A stretch of 64,000 bases of DNA from Verrucomicrobiota bacterium (GCA_049510745.1 JBEKYR010000014.1:32001-96000), one strand, 5' to 3'. Shown: positions 36,668-54,483, numbered from the stretch's first letter. Notes: a model not told the origin generated them from the sequence alone. A program made the numbers and translations.

Positions 36668-37588
36668 CTAGTGATGCGCCTGGGCCTGCGCCTCGTCGTG
36701 CATGCAGATCACTCCCGTAAACACCGACGTCAAGAGCATGAACACGATGGCCTGGACAAAGCCGACGAGCAGTTCCAGCAAATAAAACGGAATCGGCAGC
36801 ACCGCACTGAAGACCACCTTGGCCCAGGCCGGATGCTGGACGGTGTGCGACATGGCGTCCAACAGGTTTTCTCCCGCGAAAATGTTCCCGTAAAGACGGA
36901 AGCTGAGGGAAATCGGGCGAAAGGCGATGGACATGACTTCGACGAAACCGACCAGAAAGAACACCAGGATCATGAAGTATTTGAGCACCCCCTGGCTGTC
37001 GCCCTTGGGGCCGAAGATGTGCAGCACAAAGCCGGCGATGCCGTTGGATTGCAGCGCCCAGATAAACCACAGCACCATGAAAATCGCCGCCATGGCAAAC
37101 GTCATGTTCAGGTCCGCGTTGCCCCCGCGGAGCAGCGGCCGGGTCACTTCAAATCCCTCCGCCGTCTGATGCCCCCAGCCGATGGAGCCGACTCCCGGCA
37201 ACAGCCCGAACCAGTTGGTGAAAAAAATGAAGATGAAAATCGTGGCAAAAAACCAGAACGTCTTCTTAATCAGCTCCTCCCCGACAATTTCCCCCAGAAA
37301 ATCATGCAGGCTTTCCACCAGGAATTCCCAAAAGTTTTGCGCCCCATCGGGAACGTCCTTCATCCGGCGGGTTGAAAACTGGGCAAAGACGATGACCCCG
37401 ACGGCCACAATCCATGTCACGAGCATCGAGTCGGTTACGGGAAACGAACCGATATTGAAAATGGTCGGCGCCTTCGGCGGCAGCCCCGCCAGAGCCGGTT
37501 TGGCTTCGGCGGCGGACTGCGCCGGCAACGCCGCCAGCGGCGACGCCGCCAACACCAACAATAAAAATGAAACGATAATCAGTCGCAT
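36668..37588 (-). CDS. atpB: ATP synthase F0 a subunit
   Basis: 'NWFGLLPG', 'RPISLSFRLYGNIFAGE', 'ELLVGFVQA.VF.LLT'. Confidence 0.97.
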   Translation of the reverse strand: MRLIIVSFLLLVLAASPLAALPAQSAAEAKPALAGLPPKAPTIFNIGSFPVTDSMLVTWIVAVGVIVFAQFSTRRMKDVPDGAQNFWEFLVESLHDFLGEIVGEELIKKTFWFFATIFIFIFFTNWFGLLPGVGSIGWGHQTAEGFEVTRPLLRGGNADLNMTFAMAAIFMVLWFIWALQSNGIAGFVLHIFGPKGDSQGVLKYFMILVFFLVGFVEVMSIAFRPISLSFRLYGNIFAGENLLDAMSHTVQHPAWAKVVFSAVLPIPFYLLELLVGFVQAIVFMLLTSVFTGVICMHDEAQAQAHH

Positions 37589-37789
37589 CGGACGTGATAA
37601 AACCACGGAAAAACGCCGCTTCCGCCAGAGGAAAAACCGCTTCTCCGGCTGAAGCGGGCAAAAAGTTGCCTCATCGTGAAATTTTTCACAAGCGTTTTTT
37701 TGAAGGACTCTGAACAGCAGGCGCATCTCAGGCGCCATTTGGTCAACAGAGTGAGGGCATCGCCATGGATTTTGGCGAATTCAAAGTTG

Positions 37790-37826
37790 AGACTCCCCGC
37801 ATTGAAAGCCGCAATGCGGGGAGTCT
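37790..37826. terminator. Hairpin between upp and atpB
   Basis: AGACTCCCCGCATTG-aaagccg-CAATGCGGGGAGTCT, a 15-bp perfect stem. Confidence 0.55.
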
Positions 37827-37870
37827 AATTTCAAATCTCCCTTCTGTCGAGAAAAATCTGGAATCCGGGC

Positions 37871-37934
37871 GGGCCAACGGGCCTATCTCGGTTTTTGGAC
37901 CTCCTGCAACCATGTCCGATCCCTGCCAAAAACT
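37871..37934. repeat. Dispersed 64-bp intergenic element, copy 1
   Basis: 58/64 identical to 54420-54483; internal GTTTTTGG...CCAAAAAC inverted repeat. Confidence 0.85.
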
Positions 37935-37980
37935 TCCGTCGCCAAAGGCGACTGATTTCCTGAGATGCGCGCCTGAACAG

Positions 37981-38616
37981 TCAGGCCGTGCCGAAGAGCC
38001 GGTCGCCGGCGTCGCCCAGGCCCGGCAGGATGTAACCCCTCTTGTTCAGGCGCCGGTCAATGGCGGCGGTGTAAATGGCCAGATGCGGGAACTTCTCGTG
38101 GACGCGCCGTATCCCCTCCGGGGCGGCCAGGAGGCTCAAGAGCTTGACGCGCTTGGCCCCGTGCCGCGCCAGCAGGTCCATCGCCGCAACGACGGTGCCT
38201 CCGGTGGCCAGCATCGGGTCGATCAGCACCACCTCGCGGCGGGCAAGGTTCTTGGGGAAATTCTCGTAGTAGAAATGCGGCTCCAATGTCTTCTCGTCGC
38301 GCTTCAGGCCGATGAACCCCACCTGCGCGCGGGGAAAGATGCTGAGGATGGAATTGAGCATGCCCAGGCCGGCGCGCAAGACGGGGATGAGCACCACCTG
38401 GCGCCGCAACCGGGTGCCGCGGGTCGCTTCCAGCGGCGTTTGCACTTCCACCTGGACGGTTTGGAAGCTGCGCGCGATTTCGTAGGACATGAGGAGGGAA
38501 ATTTCACCCAGCAGGCGGCGGAATTCCAGGAGGCCGGTGTGCCGGTCGCGCAGGCAGGTGAGGTTGTGCCTGACCAGCGGGTGGTCCACCACGACGACGT
38601 TTTGCACGGGTTCCAT
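37981..38616 (-). CDS. upp: Uracil phosphoribosyltransferase
   Basis: 'DHPLVRH', 'PVLRAGLGM', 'DPMLATGG', 'YILPGLGDAGDRLFGT'. Confidence 0.98.
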   Translation of the reverse strand: MEPVQNVVVVDHPLVRHNLTCLRDRHTGLLEFRRLLGEISLLMSYEIARSFQTVQVEVQTPLEATRGTRLRRQVVLIPVLRAGLGMLNSILSIFPRAQVGFIGLKRDEKTLEPHFYYENFPKNLARREVVLIDPMLATGGTVVAAMDLLARHGAKRVKLLSLLAAPEGIRRVHEKFPHLAIYTAAIDRRLNKRGYILPGLGDAGDRLFGTA

Positions 38617-38618
38617 TT

Positions 38619-38651
38619 AAAAAATGGCCGGCGGAGTGCGCCGGCCATTTT
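38619..38651 (-). terminator. Intrinsic terminator after rpoC
   Basis: AAAATGGCCGGCG-loop-CGCCGGCCATTTT, with a T6 run on the minus strand. Confidence 0.75.
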
Positions 38652-38675
38652 CGCGGTTAAACATCTGCCGGCCCC

Positions 38676-42806
<4,131 letters not shown>

Positions 42807-42849
42807 TTTGCTTTATGCCGTATGGGAAAGGTGTCCAAGGTTGTTGCGA

Positions 42850-46668
<3,819 letters not shown>

Positions 46669-46822
46669 GATAACCTCGGGTCATTCTCTGGCGGCGGCCA
46701 GATTCTTGTTTAGCTGCAACGACAAAAGGCCCGTTCCCTGGCATGTGGAAAACGCGCCGGTTCAATAATCCTTTTGCTGAAACGATAATGCTCGTTTTAG
46801 AAATCGCTCTTGTGACGGTTCA

Positions 46823-46859
46823 ATTTGAGCGGCGGCGAAAGACACACCGCCGCTCAAAT
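46823..46859 (-). terminator. Hairpin/attenuator between rplL and rpoB
   Basis: ATTTGAGCGGCGG-loop-CCGCCGCTCAAAT, a 13-bp stem. Confidence 0.6.
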
Positions 46860-46870
46860 ATACACCGTTC

Positions 46871-47257
46871 CTATTTAATTTCAACTTTGGCGCCCGCCTC
46901 TTCCAATTTCTTCTTGGCGGCGTCGGCGTCGGCCTTGTTGGCCCCTTCCAGCACCGGTTTGGGCGCTCCCTCGACCAGCGCTTTGGCATCGGCCAGGCCC
47001 AGGCCCGCTTTGATTTCCCGCACCGCCTTGATCGCGGCTATCTTCTTTTCCGCTGGCACCGAGGCCAGAATGACGTCGAAGATCGTTTTCACTTCGGCGA
47101 CCGGCGCGGCAGGCCCTCCGGCGGCGCCCGGCGCGGCGACGGCGACCGGCGCGGCGGCGGTGACGCCCCAGGCCTTTTCCAGTTGTTTGACCAGGTCGGC
47201 GGCTTCCAACACCGTCAACTTGCCCAGTTCTTCCACTAATGCTGCTATGTCAGCCAT
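46871..47257 (-). CDS. rplL: 50S ribosomal protein L7/L12
   Basis: '[11 protein letters not shown]', '[17 protein letters not shown]'. Confidence 0.98.
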   Translation of the reverse strand: MADIAALVEELGKLTVLEAADLVKQLEKAWGVTAAAPVAVAAPGAAGGPAAPVAEVKTIFDVILASVPAEKKIAAIKAVREIKAGLGLADAKALVEGAPKPVLEGANKADADAAKKKLEEAGAKVEIK

Positions 47258-47407
47258 GTTTCCTTTCAGTCTCGTTGCCGTCCGCGGCCGCGGACGGGTT
47301 GCGCTCGCGAGCCCGCGAGCCGACGATTTACTTTGTTTATGTTGTGTGCTTCATCTCCTGTGGCTCGACGGAAATGAAAGGGTTCACTCTCCTGATTTCT
47401 CGACGGG

Positions 47408-47920
47408 CTAACCGCCCTTGTCCACCCGCGCCTGCAGGACGCGGGCCAATTGTGTTGCCGGCGCGTTGAGCACCGCCGCCAGCCCGGTCGCCGGCGCCAG
47501 CAGCACTCCCATCAGTTTGCCCCGCAGGACATCCAGCGACGGCAAATCGGCCAGGGCGAGGATGTCGGCGCTTTCCAGGCGCTGGTTTTTCAAATAACCG
47601 AACCGGATTTTGGGCTTCTCAAATTCCGCGCTGAACGTCTTGACCACCTTGGCGGCCGAGGCCACGTCGCGCTGGCCGGTGACGACGGCCAATTGGCCGT
47701 TGAGCCAGGCGCCCAAGTCGGCCACCCCGGCTTCCTTGGCCGCCAGGCGGAAGATGGAATTCTTGACGACACGCATTTCCGCCCCCGCCTTGTGCAGGCG
47801 TTTGCGCAACTCGGTGATCGGCCCGACCTTGAGGCCGCGATAATCGACGATAATAAAATAGGGCGAGGCGTTGAGCCGGGCCAGGTATTCGCTGCTGATG
47901 ATTTGTTTTTCGGCGCGCAT
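47408..47920 (-). CDS. rplJ: 50S ribosomal protein L10
   Basis: 'DYRGL...ELRK', 'VVKN', 'LADLPS'. Confidence 0.97.
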   Translation of the reverse strand: MRAEKQIISSEYLARLNASPYFIIVDYRGLKVGPITELRKRLHKAGAEMRVVKNSIFRLAAKEAGVADLGAWLNGQLAVVTGQRDVASAAKVVKTFSAEFEKPKIRFGYLKNQRLESADILALADLPSLDVLRGKLMGVLLAPATGLAAVLNAPATQLARVLQARVDKGG

Positions 47921-47933
47921 GGTGTCTTTTGGG

Positions 47934-48632
47934 TTAGGCCGCGGCCAGGAACTCGCGCACGTCCACCCGCACCGGCGGGCTCATCGTCGCGGAAATGGTG
48001 CAACTGTGGATAAACGTCCCCTTGGCGCTGGCCGGTTTGGCTTTGGCCACCGCCTCGATCACCGCCCGCCCGTTCTCCACCAATTGGATCGGCGCAAACG
48101 AGGCCTTGCCTATCGGAACATGGATGTTCCCGCCCTTGTCGATCTTGAATTCGACCCGCCCCGCCTTGACTTCCTTGACCGCTTTGGCGGTGTCCGGCGT
48201 CACGGTGCCTGTTTTGGGATTGGGCATCAATCCCCGCGGCCCAAGCGCTTTGCCCAGTTTGCGCACCTCGGACATCGCGTCCGGCGTGGCGATGGCCACG
48301 TCGAAATCCGTCCACCCTTCCGTGCATTTCTGGATCAAATCCTCAAAGCCGACAAATTCCGCCCCGGCGGCGCGCGCCGCATCGGCGGCGGGGCCGGGCT
48401 TGGCAAAGACCAGCACGCGCACGGTCTTGCCGCTGCCGTGCGGCAGGGGGACGGTGCCGCGGACCATCTGGTCGGATTGCTTGGGATCGACTCCCAATTT
48501 GAAGGCCATGTCCACGGTTTCGTTGAACTTGGCTTTGGGAAATTTTCCGAGAATTTCCACGGCCGACGGCAGCGGATAGAGCTTGCCGGTTTGGACTAAT
48601 TGGCGCGCTTTTTTGTAACGTTTGCTTGGCAT
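47934..48632 (-). CDS. rplA: 50S ribosomal protein L1
   Basis: 'VRGTVPLPHGSGK', 'LGPRGLMPNPKTGTV'. Confidence 0.98.
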   Translation of the reverse strand: MPSKRYKKARQLVQTGKLYPLPSAVEILGKFPKAKFNETVDMAFKLGVDPKQSDQMVRGTVPLPHGSGKTVRVLVFAKPGPAADAARAAGAEFVGFEDLIQKCTEGWTDFDVAIATPDAMSEVRKLGKALGPRGLMPNPKTGTVTPDTAKAVKEVKAGRVEFKIDKGGNIHVPIGKASFAPIQLVENGRAVIEAVAKAKPASAKGTFIHSCTISATMSPPVRVDVREFLAAA

Positions 48633-48641
48633 TGTGTTTCA

Positions 48642-48683
48642 GCGGTGCAAACGAGTCCCGCCCGCGGGCGCAGACTCTCCCGC
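48642..48683 (-). promoter_or_regulatory. Putative L1-binding autoregulatory RNA in the rplK-rplA spacer
   Basis: Minus strand reads GCGG-GAG-AGTC...GACTC-G..A-CCGC: two helices around a GGGAG-containing internal loop, like known L1 sites. Confidence 0.5.
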
Positions 48684-48689
48684 GTTGGC

Positions 48690-49115
48690 TTATTCCTGGA
48701 CTTCGATCCCCATGCTGCGGGCGGTGCCCGCAATGACCCGGAACCCGGCTTCTTCGGAGGTCGAGTTCAAATCTTTCATCTTGAGTTTGACAATTTCCAG
48801 CACCTGTTTGCGGGTGACTTTGCCCACCTTGTCCTTGTTCGGGACCTTCGAGCCGGAAGCGATGCCGGCGGCCTTCTTGAGCAGGACGGCGGCCGGCGGC
48901 GACTTGGTGATGAAGGTAAAGGACTTGTCCTGATAGACGGTAATGACCACCGGAATGATCAGCCCGGCCTGCTCCTTGGTGGCCGCGTTGAACTCCTTGC
49001 AAAACCCCATGATGTTGACGCCTTGCTGGCCCAACGCCGGCCCCACCGGCGGCGCCGGGTTGGCCTGTCCGGCCGGAATCTGCAATTTAATCTGGCCCGT
49101 AATCTTTTTTGCCAT
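48690..49115 (-). CDS. rplK: 50S ribosomal protein L11
   Basis: '[17 protein letters not shown]', 'GTARSMG'. Confidence 0.99.
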   Translation of the reverse strand: MAKKITGQIKLQIPAGQANPAPPVGPALGQQGVNIMGFCKEFNAATKEQAGLIIPVVITVYQDKSFTFITKSPPAAVLLKKAAGIASGSKVPNKDKVGKVTRKQVLEIVKLKMKDLNSTSEEAGFRVIAGTARSMGIEVQE

Positions 49116-49121
49116 AAAAAA

Positions 49122-49673
49122 CTATGCTTTCTCCACCTGCCAATACTCCAGTTCGACCGGCGTATTGCGCCCGAAAATGTTCACGGTGACCTTGAGTTTG
49201 CCGCGCTCCGGCTCAATCTCCTCAATCACCCCGCTGAAATTCAGAAACGGCCCGTCATTGATCTTGACCGTCTCCCCCACGTCAAAATGCACCTTCGGCT
49301 TCTCCGTCTCTTCCGACTCCGTTATTTGCGCCTTGATCGTCGCTATCTCGTCCGGCGTCACCGCCATCGGACGGTCCCCGCCCACAATGCCGATTTTTCC
49401 CGGCGTGTCCTGGATGAAATACCAGGGCCGCTCCATGATCCGGTTGTTCTCGTCCAGCAGCACCATGTCGATATAGACATAGCCGGGATGCAGCTTGCGG
49501 CTGGTCACCGTTTTCTTGCCCCCGCGCACATCGACCACCTTCTCCACCGGCACGAGCACTTCCTTGATATACTCGCCCATCTCCTCGGCTTTGAGGCGCT
49601 TTTCAATGTTCTCTTTGACCTTCTGCTCCTGTCCGGACAAAGTATGTATGACAAACCACTGGCTCTTTGGCAT
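49122..49673 (-). CDS. nusG: Transcription factor NusG
   Basis: 'WFVIHTLSGQE', KOW 'VKINDGPF', 'IFGRNTPVEL'. Confidence 0.97.
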   Translation of the reverse strand: MPKSQWFVIHTLSGQEQKVKENIEKRLKAEEMGEYIKEVLVPVEKVVDVRGGKKTVTSRKLHPGYVYIDMVLLDENNRIMERPWYFIQDTPGKIGIVGGDRPMAVTPDEIATIKAQITESEETEKPKVHFDVGETVKINDGPFLNFSGVIEEIEPERGKLKVTVNIFGRNTPVELEYWQVEKA

Positions 49674-49683
49674 TAGAAAATCC

Positions 49684-49941
49684 TCAAACAATGAGTTTCA
49701 GCAGCCACGCCACCGTCAAATCGACCGCCACGGTGAAGCCGCCCAGCAAGGCGACCGACACCATCACCACCGCCGTCGAGCCGGTCAATTCATCCCAGGT
49801 TGGCCAGGTGCATTTCTTGAGCTCGTCCTGCGTCTCGCGGAAATAGCCGGAGAGGCGCAGGAACGCACCCTGCCGCCAAAGCAGCGTGAACACCGTCATG
49901 GCGATCACGATCCCAATTATGATTGGCAAATAATCTCTCAT
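49684..49941 (-). CDS. secE: Preprotein translocase SecE
   Basis: 'ETQDELKKCTWPT..EL' plus a TM helix; lies upstream of nusG. Confidence 0.92.
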   Translation of the reverse strand: MRDYLPIIIGIVIAMTVFTLLWRQGAFLRLSGYFRETQDELKKCTWPTWDELTGSTAVVMVSVALLGGFTVAVDLTVAWLLKLIV

Positions 49942-49956
49942 CTCGTTTCCTCTTTT

Positions 49957-50046
49957 TGGCGGAGGGGGAGGGATTCGAACCCCCGGTGCGGTTGCCCGCA
50001 CAACGGTTTTCAAGACCGTCGCATTAGACCACTCTGCCACCCCTCC
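49957..50046 (-). tRNA. tRNA-Ser(UGA)
   Basis: GGAGGGG...ACGGT-CTTGAAA-ACCGT, long variable arm, TTCGAAT, GCCA end. Confidence 0.95.
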
Positions 50047-50078
50047 GGTCGCAACCCCTCGACTCTCGTTGCCCCGAG

Positions 50079-50154
50079 TGGCAGGGCGGGAGGGACTCGA
50101 ACCCCCAACCGACGGTTTTGGAGACCGCTACTCTACCAATTGAGCTACCGCCCT
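50079..50154 (-). tRNA. tRNA-Trp(CCA)
   Basis: AGGGCGG-TAGCTCAATTGGTAGAG...CTCCAAA...TTCGAGT...GCCA. Confidence 0.97.
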
Positions 50155-50231
50155 TCACCCCGAGCAGTCCCTCAGCCAACCGGCAGGAGCGCCTTGCCCT
50201 CCTGCCGCAAAATTCCAGCTACACGCACAAC

Positions 50232-51422
50232 TCAAGCCACAATGTCAGACACTCGGCCCGCCCCGATCGTTCGACCCCCTTCGCGGATGGCGAACCGCTG
50301 CCCTTTTTCCATCGCCACAGGCGCGATCAATTCGATATCGACCGACACGTTGTCGCCCGGCATCACCATCTCCACTCCCTGGGCCAGCTTCACCGTGCCC
50401 GTCACGTCGGTCGTCCGAAAATAGAACTGCGGCCGGTAATTGGTGAAGAACGGCGTGTGCCGCCCACCCTCGTCCTTGGACAGAACGTACACTTCCGCCT
50501 TGAATTTGGTGTGCGGTGTGATGGTCCCCGGCTTGGCCAGAACCATCCCCCGCTCGACTTCATCCTTCTTGGTGCCGCGCAGGAGCACGCCCACGTTGTC
50601 CCCGGCGCTGGCCTTGTCCAGCAGCTTGCGGAACATCTCAATGTCCGTCGCCACCGTCTTGCGCGTCTCCTTCAAGCCGACGATCTCGACATCCGACATC
50701 TTGTTCAATTCGCCCCGCTCGACACGGCCCGTCACGACCGTGCCGCGGCCTTCAATGTTGAACACGTCTTCGATGCACATCAGGAACGGCTTGTCAACCT
50801 CGCGCGTGGGCAGCGGGATGAACACGTCAATGGCTTCCATCAATTCCTGGATGGCATCTTCGCCAGCCTTGTCCCCGGCCATCGCCGCTTTGGCGCTGCC
50901 GCGGATGACGGGCGTCTTTTCGCCGGGGAACTCATATTTAGTCAGCAGGTCGCGGACTTCCATTTCGACCAAATCCAGCAATTCCTTGTCATCCACGAGG
51001 TCAACCTTGTTCAGGAAAACCACAATGGCCGGCACACCCACTTGACGGGCCAAGAGCACGTGCTCCTTGGTCTGGGGCATCGGGCCTTCCGAGGCATCCA
51101 CCACGAGGATGGCCCCGTCCATCTGCGCCGCGCCAGTAATCATGTTCTTGATGAAGTCGGCATGCCCCGGACAGTCAATGTGGGCATAGTGGCGTTTGTC
51201 GCTCTGGTATTCCACGTGGGAAACCGCGATCGTCAGAGTTTTGGTTTCATCCCGTACCGTCCCACCCTTGGTGATTTCGGCATAGGAAATCGGCGTCGCC
51301 AGGCCCTTCTTGGCCTGCACCTTGACAATCGCGGCCGTCAAAGTGGATTTGCCGTGATCAATGTGGCCGATGGTGCCGACATTGACGTGAGGTTTGGTAC
51401 GTTGAAAGGCTTCTTTTGCCAT
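50232..51422 (-). CDS. tuf: Elongation factor Tu
   Basis: [19 protein letters not shown], '[14 protein letters not shown]'. Confidence 0.99.
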   Translation of the reverse strand: MAKEAFQRTKPHVNVGTIGHIDHGKSTLTAAIVKVQAKKGLATPISYAEITKGGTVRDETKTLTIAVSHVEYQSDKRHYAHIDCPGHADFIKNMITGAAQMDGAILVVDASEGPMPQTKEHVLLARQVGVPAIVVFLNKVDLVDDKELLDLVEMEVRDLLTKYEFPGEKTPVIRGSAKAAMAGDKAGEDAIQELMEAIDVFIPLPTREVDKPFLMCIEDVFNIEGRGTVVTGRVERGELNKMSDVEIVGLKETRKTVATDIEMFRKLLDKASAGDNVGVLLRGTKKDEVERGMVLAKPGTITPHTKFKAEVYVLSKDEGGRHTPFFTNYRPQFYFRTTDVTGTVKLAQGVEMVMPGDNVSVDIELIAPVAMEKGQRFAIREGGRTIGAGRVSDIVA

Positions 51423-51482
51423 AATCTCCTGCTTCTTTTTTTAGTTAAAATCCGCTGCGATATTCATTTCGGTTCCGTTATC

Positions 51483-51558
51483 TGGAGCCCATGATCAGGA
51501 TTGAACTGATGACCTCGTCCTTACCAAGGACGCGCTCTGCCGACTGAGCTACATGGGC
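51483..51558 (-). tRNA. tRNA-Thr(GGU)
   Basis: GCCCATG-TAGCTCAG...TTGGTAA...TTCAAT...CATGGGC-TCCA. Confidence 0.97.
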
Positions 51559-51894
51559 AAAAGCCAAATTTATCATTCTGGCATCCTGACCGTGCGAAAC
51601 GACAAAACCCCATTACCCCTGCCTTCCCCCGCTTTTGGCGGGGCGACTTCGGGGCTAATGGTTCCTGTTTTCCACCCGATAACTTTCACAAAACTACGGT
51701 GGGTCGCCAAACCTGTCAACGGCTTTTTTGAGCTTTTTTTCCATCCCGATCCGGCGGCTTTTTCGGACACGGGCAGGGATGGAGTTTTCCGCTCCACCCC
51801 TCCCTCCGGACCGACGGGCCGGTTTCCCCCATCCGGCTCTCCTGTCATTATCCCGGCCTGCTCTTTTAACTCGCAGTTTGGCGGCGCGATCGTT

Positions 51895-53022
51895 ATGCTT
51901 CCCGCCAGCTTGAACCGAACTACCCACGGCTTTGAAGCGAGCCTCTTCCACCCGGATTTGGGAACCGAGCCGGTCGGCGGGAGAATACTGGTTGGCCGCA
52001 CCCAGTTGCAGTTTCAGTCAGAGGCGCTTTCCACGGATATTCCTCTGGCGGCTCTCGAAGTGGAATTTGAGCGCGCCGGCAAGGGGATTTTTTTTAACGA
52101 CGCAACGCGCCCCGAGGTGAAAATCTTCACCCTGGATCAATCCATTCTGCGGCACCCGGCCATCCGGTCCCATCCCCAGGTCGCGCCCGTCCTCGCCCGG
52201 CGCGAATTGACCCGCGCCCTCCGCCTGACGCTCTATTTCGCCGCCGGTTGCGTGCTGGTTGTATGGCTTGGATCGCTGGCCATGAGCGCGATGGCCCGCG
52301 CCATTGCGGCGAGGGTCCCGATGGCATGGGAGCAAAAGATCGGCGCCCGGAAAATTGATGAGCTGCGCAAAAGCGGCATGCTGCTCGATGACTCGAACGA
52401 CGTCGCGCAACTGACCGCTCTCGCCGCGCCGCTCATCCAGGCTTTGCCCACCGGCCGGCGCGATCTGAAGTTCTACGTCTTGGACGATCCCGCGCCCAAC
52501 GCCTTTGCCCTCCCCGGCGGGCACGTGGTTGTCAACGCCGGCTTGCTGCGAATGGCCGATCAGCCCGAAGAGCTTCTCGGCGTGCTCGCCCATGAACTGG
52601 CCCACCAAACTAAACGGCACGCCATCCGCCGCGGCCTCGCCGCTGCCGGCCCTCTGGTGATTTTCGGCCTGTTCCTCCATAGCGACAGCGGAATGGGAAA
52701 CCTCCTCGCGCTCGGTTCGGGGCTGATGGTTTTTCAGGGGTTTTCGCAGGATTACGAGACGGAAGCCGATGATACGGGCTGGAGTTATCTCGTCGCGGCG
52801 AATATCGATCCCCGCGGCATGATCCGGGCCTTCCAAAAGCTGGAGGCGGCGGAAGGAAAACTCGGATTGCGCGCCCTCGCGCCGCAGGCCTTTCAAAGCC
52901 ACCCGGCCACTGAAAAACGCATCGCCCGGCTTCAAAACAAATGGAAAAAGCTCGCCCGCAAATCCGATTTCCTGAACCTGGCCCCCGTGAAATGGTCCCT
53001 CAAGAAAACTCTCACCAATTGA
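51895..53022 (+). CDS. M48-family metallopeptidase with N-terminal domain and TM anchor
   Basis: 'PNAFALPGG', 'GVLAHELAH', 'FSQDYETEAD', 'SHPATEKRI'. Start codon is uncertain. Confidence 0.9.
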   Translation: MLPASLNRTTHGFEASLFHPDLGTEPVGGRILVGRTQLQFQSEALSTDIPLAALEVEFERAGKGIFFNDATRPEVKIFTLDQSILRHPAIRSHPQVAPVLARRELTRALRLTLYFAAGCVLVVWLGSLAMSAMARAIAARVPMAWEQKIGARKIDELRKSGMLLDDSNDVAQLTALAAPLIQALPTGRRDLKFYVLDDPAPNAFALPGGHVVVNAGLLRMADQPEELLGVLAHELAHQTKRHAIRRGLAAAGPLVIFGLFLHSDSGMGNLLALGSGLMVFQGFSQDYETEADDTGWSYLVAANIDPRGMIRAFQKLEAAEGKLGLRALAPQAFQSHPATEKRIARLQNKWKKLARKSDFLNLAPVKWSLKKTLTN

Positions 53023-54337
53023 ACCAGCCCAGTTTTTGTTTGCTGGCGTTATAGAAGAGTCCCAGTAGGCGCATCGTGACCGTCAGCAGATAAACACTCA
53101 GCAGCGCCCACACCGCCTGGATTCCCACGGCCGCAAAAAACGTGTTCTTGTCATGGGTCCTCAGCGCGACCCTTCCCAGGCCGCCCGATAACAGGCTCCC
53201 TAGCTGGCGGATTCCGATCACTCCCAGAAACAGGACGGCGGTGACAGAGTATTTCAGCGGAACTTTCACCATCGCCGGGATGACGACCAGGGGGTTGGCT
53301 GCCAGGACGGAGTCTTTCATCGCTACGGCCAGCAATGCCATCGGAAAATAAACTCCTCCAAGAATCACGCTCCCAAGAATGGCCTCCGACGGAACCTCCA
53401 CCCCGCGCAACTTCGCAATTACGAGTCCGATGGCCAGCCAAAACGACGCCACGACTGTGCCGCCCAGTTGAAAGGCGGCCCCGATGAGGCTGCTCACGTC
53501 GGGAAAACACAAAGACGCATTTTCATCCGACGTCGTAGTCAATATGATGTTCTGCATGAACAAAAAGACAAATCCGTAAAGCGCAATTTTGATGAAGAAT
53601 CCGAAAATGCTGCCGCTAAGGAAGTTCAGCGCCGCAAACGCGATCGTGGCGCAAACCAGAATGACTATCCCCGCGCCTTTGAACGGATACAGAAACGCGC
53701 CGGGCAGCTTCGCGTAAAATCCCTGGGTGGGCGCCGGCCGGAATTGGAACGGAACAACCTCCTCCCCGCAGGTGCGGCACGTCCGCGCCGTCCGGCCCAT
53801 TGTCTCCGTCAACTGGATGCACAAATCGCAATATGCGCGGTTGCATTTGTCGCACAAAAAACGGGCCGGCGATTTCGGATGATATTTGCAGAACCTCGTC
53901 CCTGTCAACAATTCTGGGGCGGTTTCCGTCGTGCCTGCCGTCGCCGCCGGCGATTCGAGGACTGCGGCCGCAGGCGGCGCCGCGGCCCTTGCGGCCATTC
54001 TGATCGGCGGCGGCAACGGCGGCGATGCGACCGCGGCGGCTGGCGCGGCTGTCCCGGAGTAATAAGTCATTTCCACGCCGCCCAGCCGTATCGCTTTGCC
54101 ATCCTCAAGATTTCGCTCCTGAATGCGCGACCCGCCGACAAACGTGCCGTTGGTGGAACCCAAGTCCCTCAGCACCACCGCACTGTCGCTGACCCAAACC
54201 TGGCAATGCGACCCGGACACGCTCGGATCATTGATTTTGAAATCATTCGCGTCGCTTCGGCCCAGCGAATTCGCCCCCGGCTTGAGCTGGATTTCCCAGG
54301 CCTGCGGCGTTCCAGGATTGACTACCAGACAGCTCAT
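53012..54337 (-). CDS. FHA domain + B-box-like Zn finger + multi-TM membrane protein
   Basis: FHA 'LGRS..ND..I.DPSVSGSH..DLGSTNGTFV', 'CKYHP..CDKC..C.LC..CRTC', and a hydrophobic C-terminal half. Confidence 0.85.
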   Translation of the reverse strand: MSCLVVNPGTPQAWEIQLKPGANSLGRSDANDFKINDPSVSGSHCQVWVSDSAVVLRDLGSTNGTFVGGSRIQERNLEDGKAIRLGGVEMTYYSGTAAPAAAVASPPLPPPIRMAARAAAPPAAAVLESPAATAGTTETAPELLTGTRFCKYHPKSPARFLCDKCNRAYCDLCIQLTETMGRTARTCRTCGEEVVPFQFRPAPTQGFYAKLPGAFLYPFKGAGIVILVCATIAFAALNFLSGSIFGFFIKIALYGFVFLFMQNIILTTTSDENASLCFPDVSSLIGAAFQLGGTVVASFWLAIGLVIAKLRGVEVPSEAILGSVILGGVYFPMALLAVAMKDSVLAANPLVVIPAMVKVPLKYSVTAVLFLGVIGIRQLGSLLSGGLGRVALRTHDKNTFFAAVGIQAVWALLSVYLLTVTMRLLGLFYNASKQKLGWFNW

Positions 54338-54419
54338 GGTTGGCGCTCTCGGCTTTGACTTCAAACGAAGTCTTACCGGATCGCCGGGCCGTTGTCACCA
54401 AAAAAATCGAGCCCATCAA

Positions 54420-54483
54420 GGGCCGACGGGCGTATCCCGGTTTTTGGACCTCCTGCGACCTTGTCCGATTCCTGCCAAAAACT
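54420..54483. repeat. Dispersed 64-bp intergenic element, copy 2
   Basis: 58/64 identical to 37871-37934. Confidence 0.85.

Noticed and set aside
49942..50040. N-terminal extension of SecE in the ORF track
   Set aside because: It overlaps tRNA-Ser; the ATG at 49941 has a GAGG RBS.
51230..51300. Unusual EF-Tu effector region '[14 protein letters not shown]'
   Set aside because: From recall, this variant occurs in PVC-group EF-Tu, so it is a lineage trait rather than a novelty.
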